This document shows, piece after piece, positions 41,924-42,577 of a stretch of 42,577 nt of DNA. Both the position numbers and the translations under genes were made by a program. The DNA is from a virus, in the IMG/VR virus record IMGVR_UViG_3300028429_000229. One strand, given 5' to 3'. Under the pieces are notes generated by a model that made no database searches, had not been told where the DNA came from, and saw only the letters and a program-made list of their open reading frames with translations. Position 1 is the first letter of the stretch, and each line of letters starts with the position of its first letter.

Positions 41924-42370
41924 ATGTCAGCAACAAACGCCTTTGAGACAAGCCTGCTTCAGCATATTTTCCAGAATGCTGCTATCGCGAACATTGGCGA
42001 CGTAACGGGGCTGCCAGCATCCGCTACCGCAGGTTCTTTGTTTGTGTCGCTTCATACGGCAGACCCCGGCGAGGCGGGCGCGCAGAATACCAGCGAGGTA
42101 TCCTATACAGGCTACGCGCGCCAGGCAGTTGCCCGCTCTGGTTCTGGCTGGACAGTATCCGGCAACAATGCATCGAACGCGGCGGCTATTGCATTCGGGC
42201 CTTGCACTGCCGGCTCTGCCACGATCACTCACTTCGGCATTGGCACAGCGGCGTCTGGCGCTGGCAACTTGCTGTTCAAGGGCGCGTTGACCGCTTCGAT
42301 TTCGGTTACGACAAGCTCGAACGCAACGCAGACCTTCGCCGTTGGGGCGCTCGATGTGGATGTGGATTAA
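41924..42370 (+). CDS. Conserved hypothetical virion-block protein
   Basis: 148 aa. Motif LLQHIFQNAA...LFVSLHTADPGEAG...SEVSYTGYARQAV recurs in phage structural regions. Confidence 0.6.
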   Translation: MSATNAFETSLLQHIFQNAAIANIGDVTGLPASATAGSLFVSLHTADPGEAGAQNTSEVSYTGYARQAVARSGSGWTVSGNNASNAAAIAFGPCTAGSATITHFGIGTAASGAGNLLFKGALTASISVTTSSNATQTFAVGALDVDVD

Positions 42371-42415
42371 TCCGCAAACGGTTGAGGCATTCACGATCAC
42401 CGAAGGAAACGCCTG

Positions 42416-42577
42416 ATGTCCGATAATGTTGGCTATGATCCCGGCACCGGCGTAAAGGTTGCAAGCCGCGAAGTCACCTATTCGGGTGAGACCGCTCAGG
42501 CGCAATCCGTTGGCCTTGTCATGTTCTCTGGCGCGGATGACGCCAAAACCGCAACGGATGTTTCGACCGGATTCCCC
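42416..42577 (+). CDS. 5' end of the 528-aa junction-spanning gene (continues at base 1/142)
   Basis: ATG 42416 with AAGGAA 8 nt upstream. The reading frame is continuous into the terminal overlap. Confidence 0.75.
   Translation, partial: MSDNVGYDPGTGVKVASREVTYSGETAQAQSVGLVMFSGADDAKTATDVSTGFP
42437..42577. repeat. Terminal overlap, exact copy of 1..141
   Basis: See feature 1..141. Confidence 0.95.

Overview
The window is a complete, circularly closed genome of a GC-rich tailed phage. Bases 1..141 are an exact copy of 42437..42577, leaving 42,436 unique bp. One gene (ATG 42416 to stop 1566) reads across the junction.

Layout:
- A rightward late operon runs from about 35.6 kb across the junction to 19.5 kb. 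It carries packaging genes, portal, scaffold, capsid, a T7-like adaptor and nozzle, three internal virion (ejection) proteins, a tail fibre, a lysis cassette and three small accessory genes.
- A leftward early/replication operon runs from 34.6 kb down to 19.6 kb. It carries many small ORFs, a RusA-like resolvase, an SNF2 helicase, a DUF2800-type nuclease, a DUF2815-type SSB, a family A DNA polymerase and a PrimPol-helicase.
- The two blocks diverge from a 983-bp ORF-free control region (34609..35591) and converge on a hairpin at about 19.58 kb.

I saw no tRNA, rRNA, CRISPR array, integrase, reverse transcriptase or phage RNA polymerase.

Most interesting signals:
1. Four near-consensus sigma70 promoters in the leftward block each have their -10 embedded in the same 16-bp palindrome, GCATAA-N4-TTATGC. 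This looks like a putative operator regulon.
2. Four upstream genes use the TGA inside the next promoter's TTGACA -35 hexamer as their stop codon.
3. The ORF-free control region contains a 12-bp x4 tandem array, an AT-rich tract, several palindromes and a long imperfect hairpin. It is a candidate origin, packaging site or ncRNA locus.
4. A 21-bp repeat brackets a zinc-ribbon gene at the head of the late operon, which has no recognisable -10.
5. Six extra genes sit between portal and scaffold, including a protein built of five Gly/Ala/Leu-rich repeats with a poly-Arg tail.
6. A GNAT-like gene sits in the T7 gp13 position.

Limits: all protein family names come from motif recognition by eye. No database search was run. 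Because the DNA is GC-rich, many long antisense ORFs in the supplied track are judged spurious.
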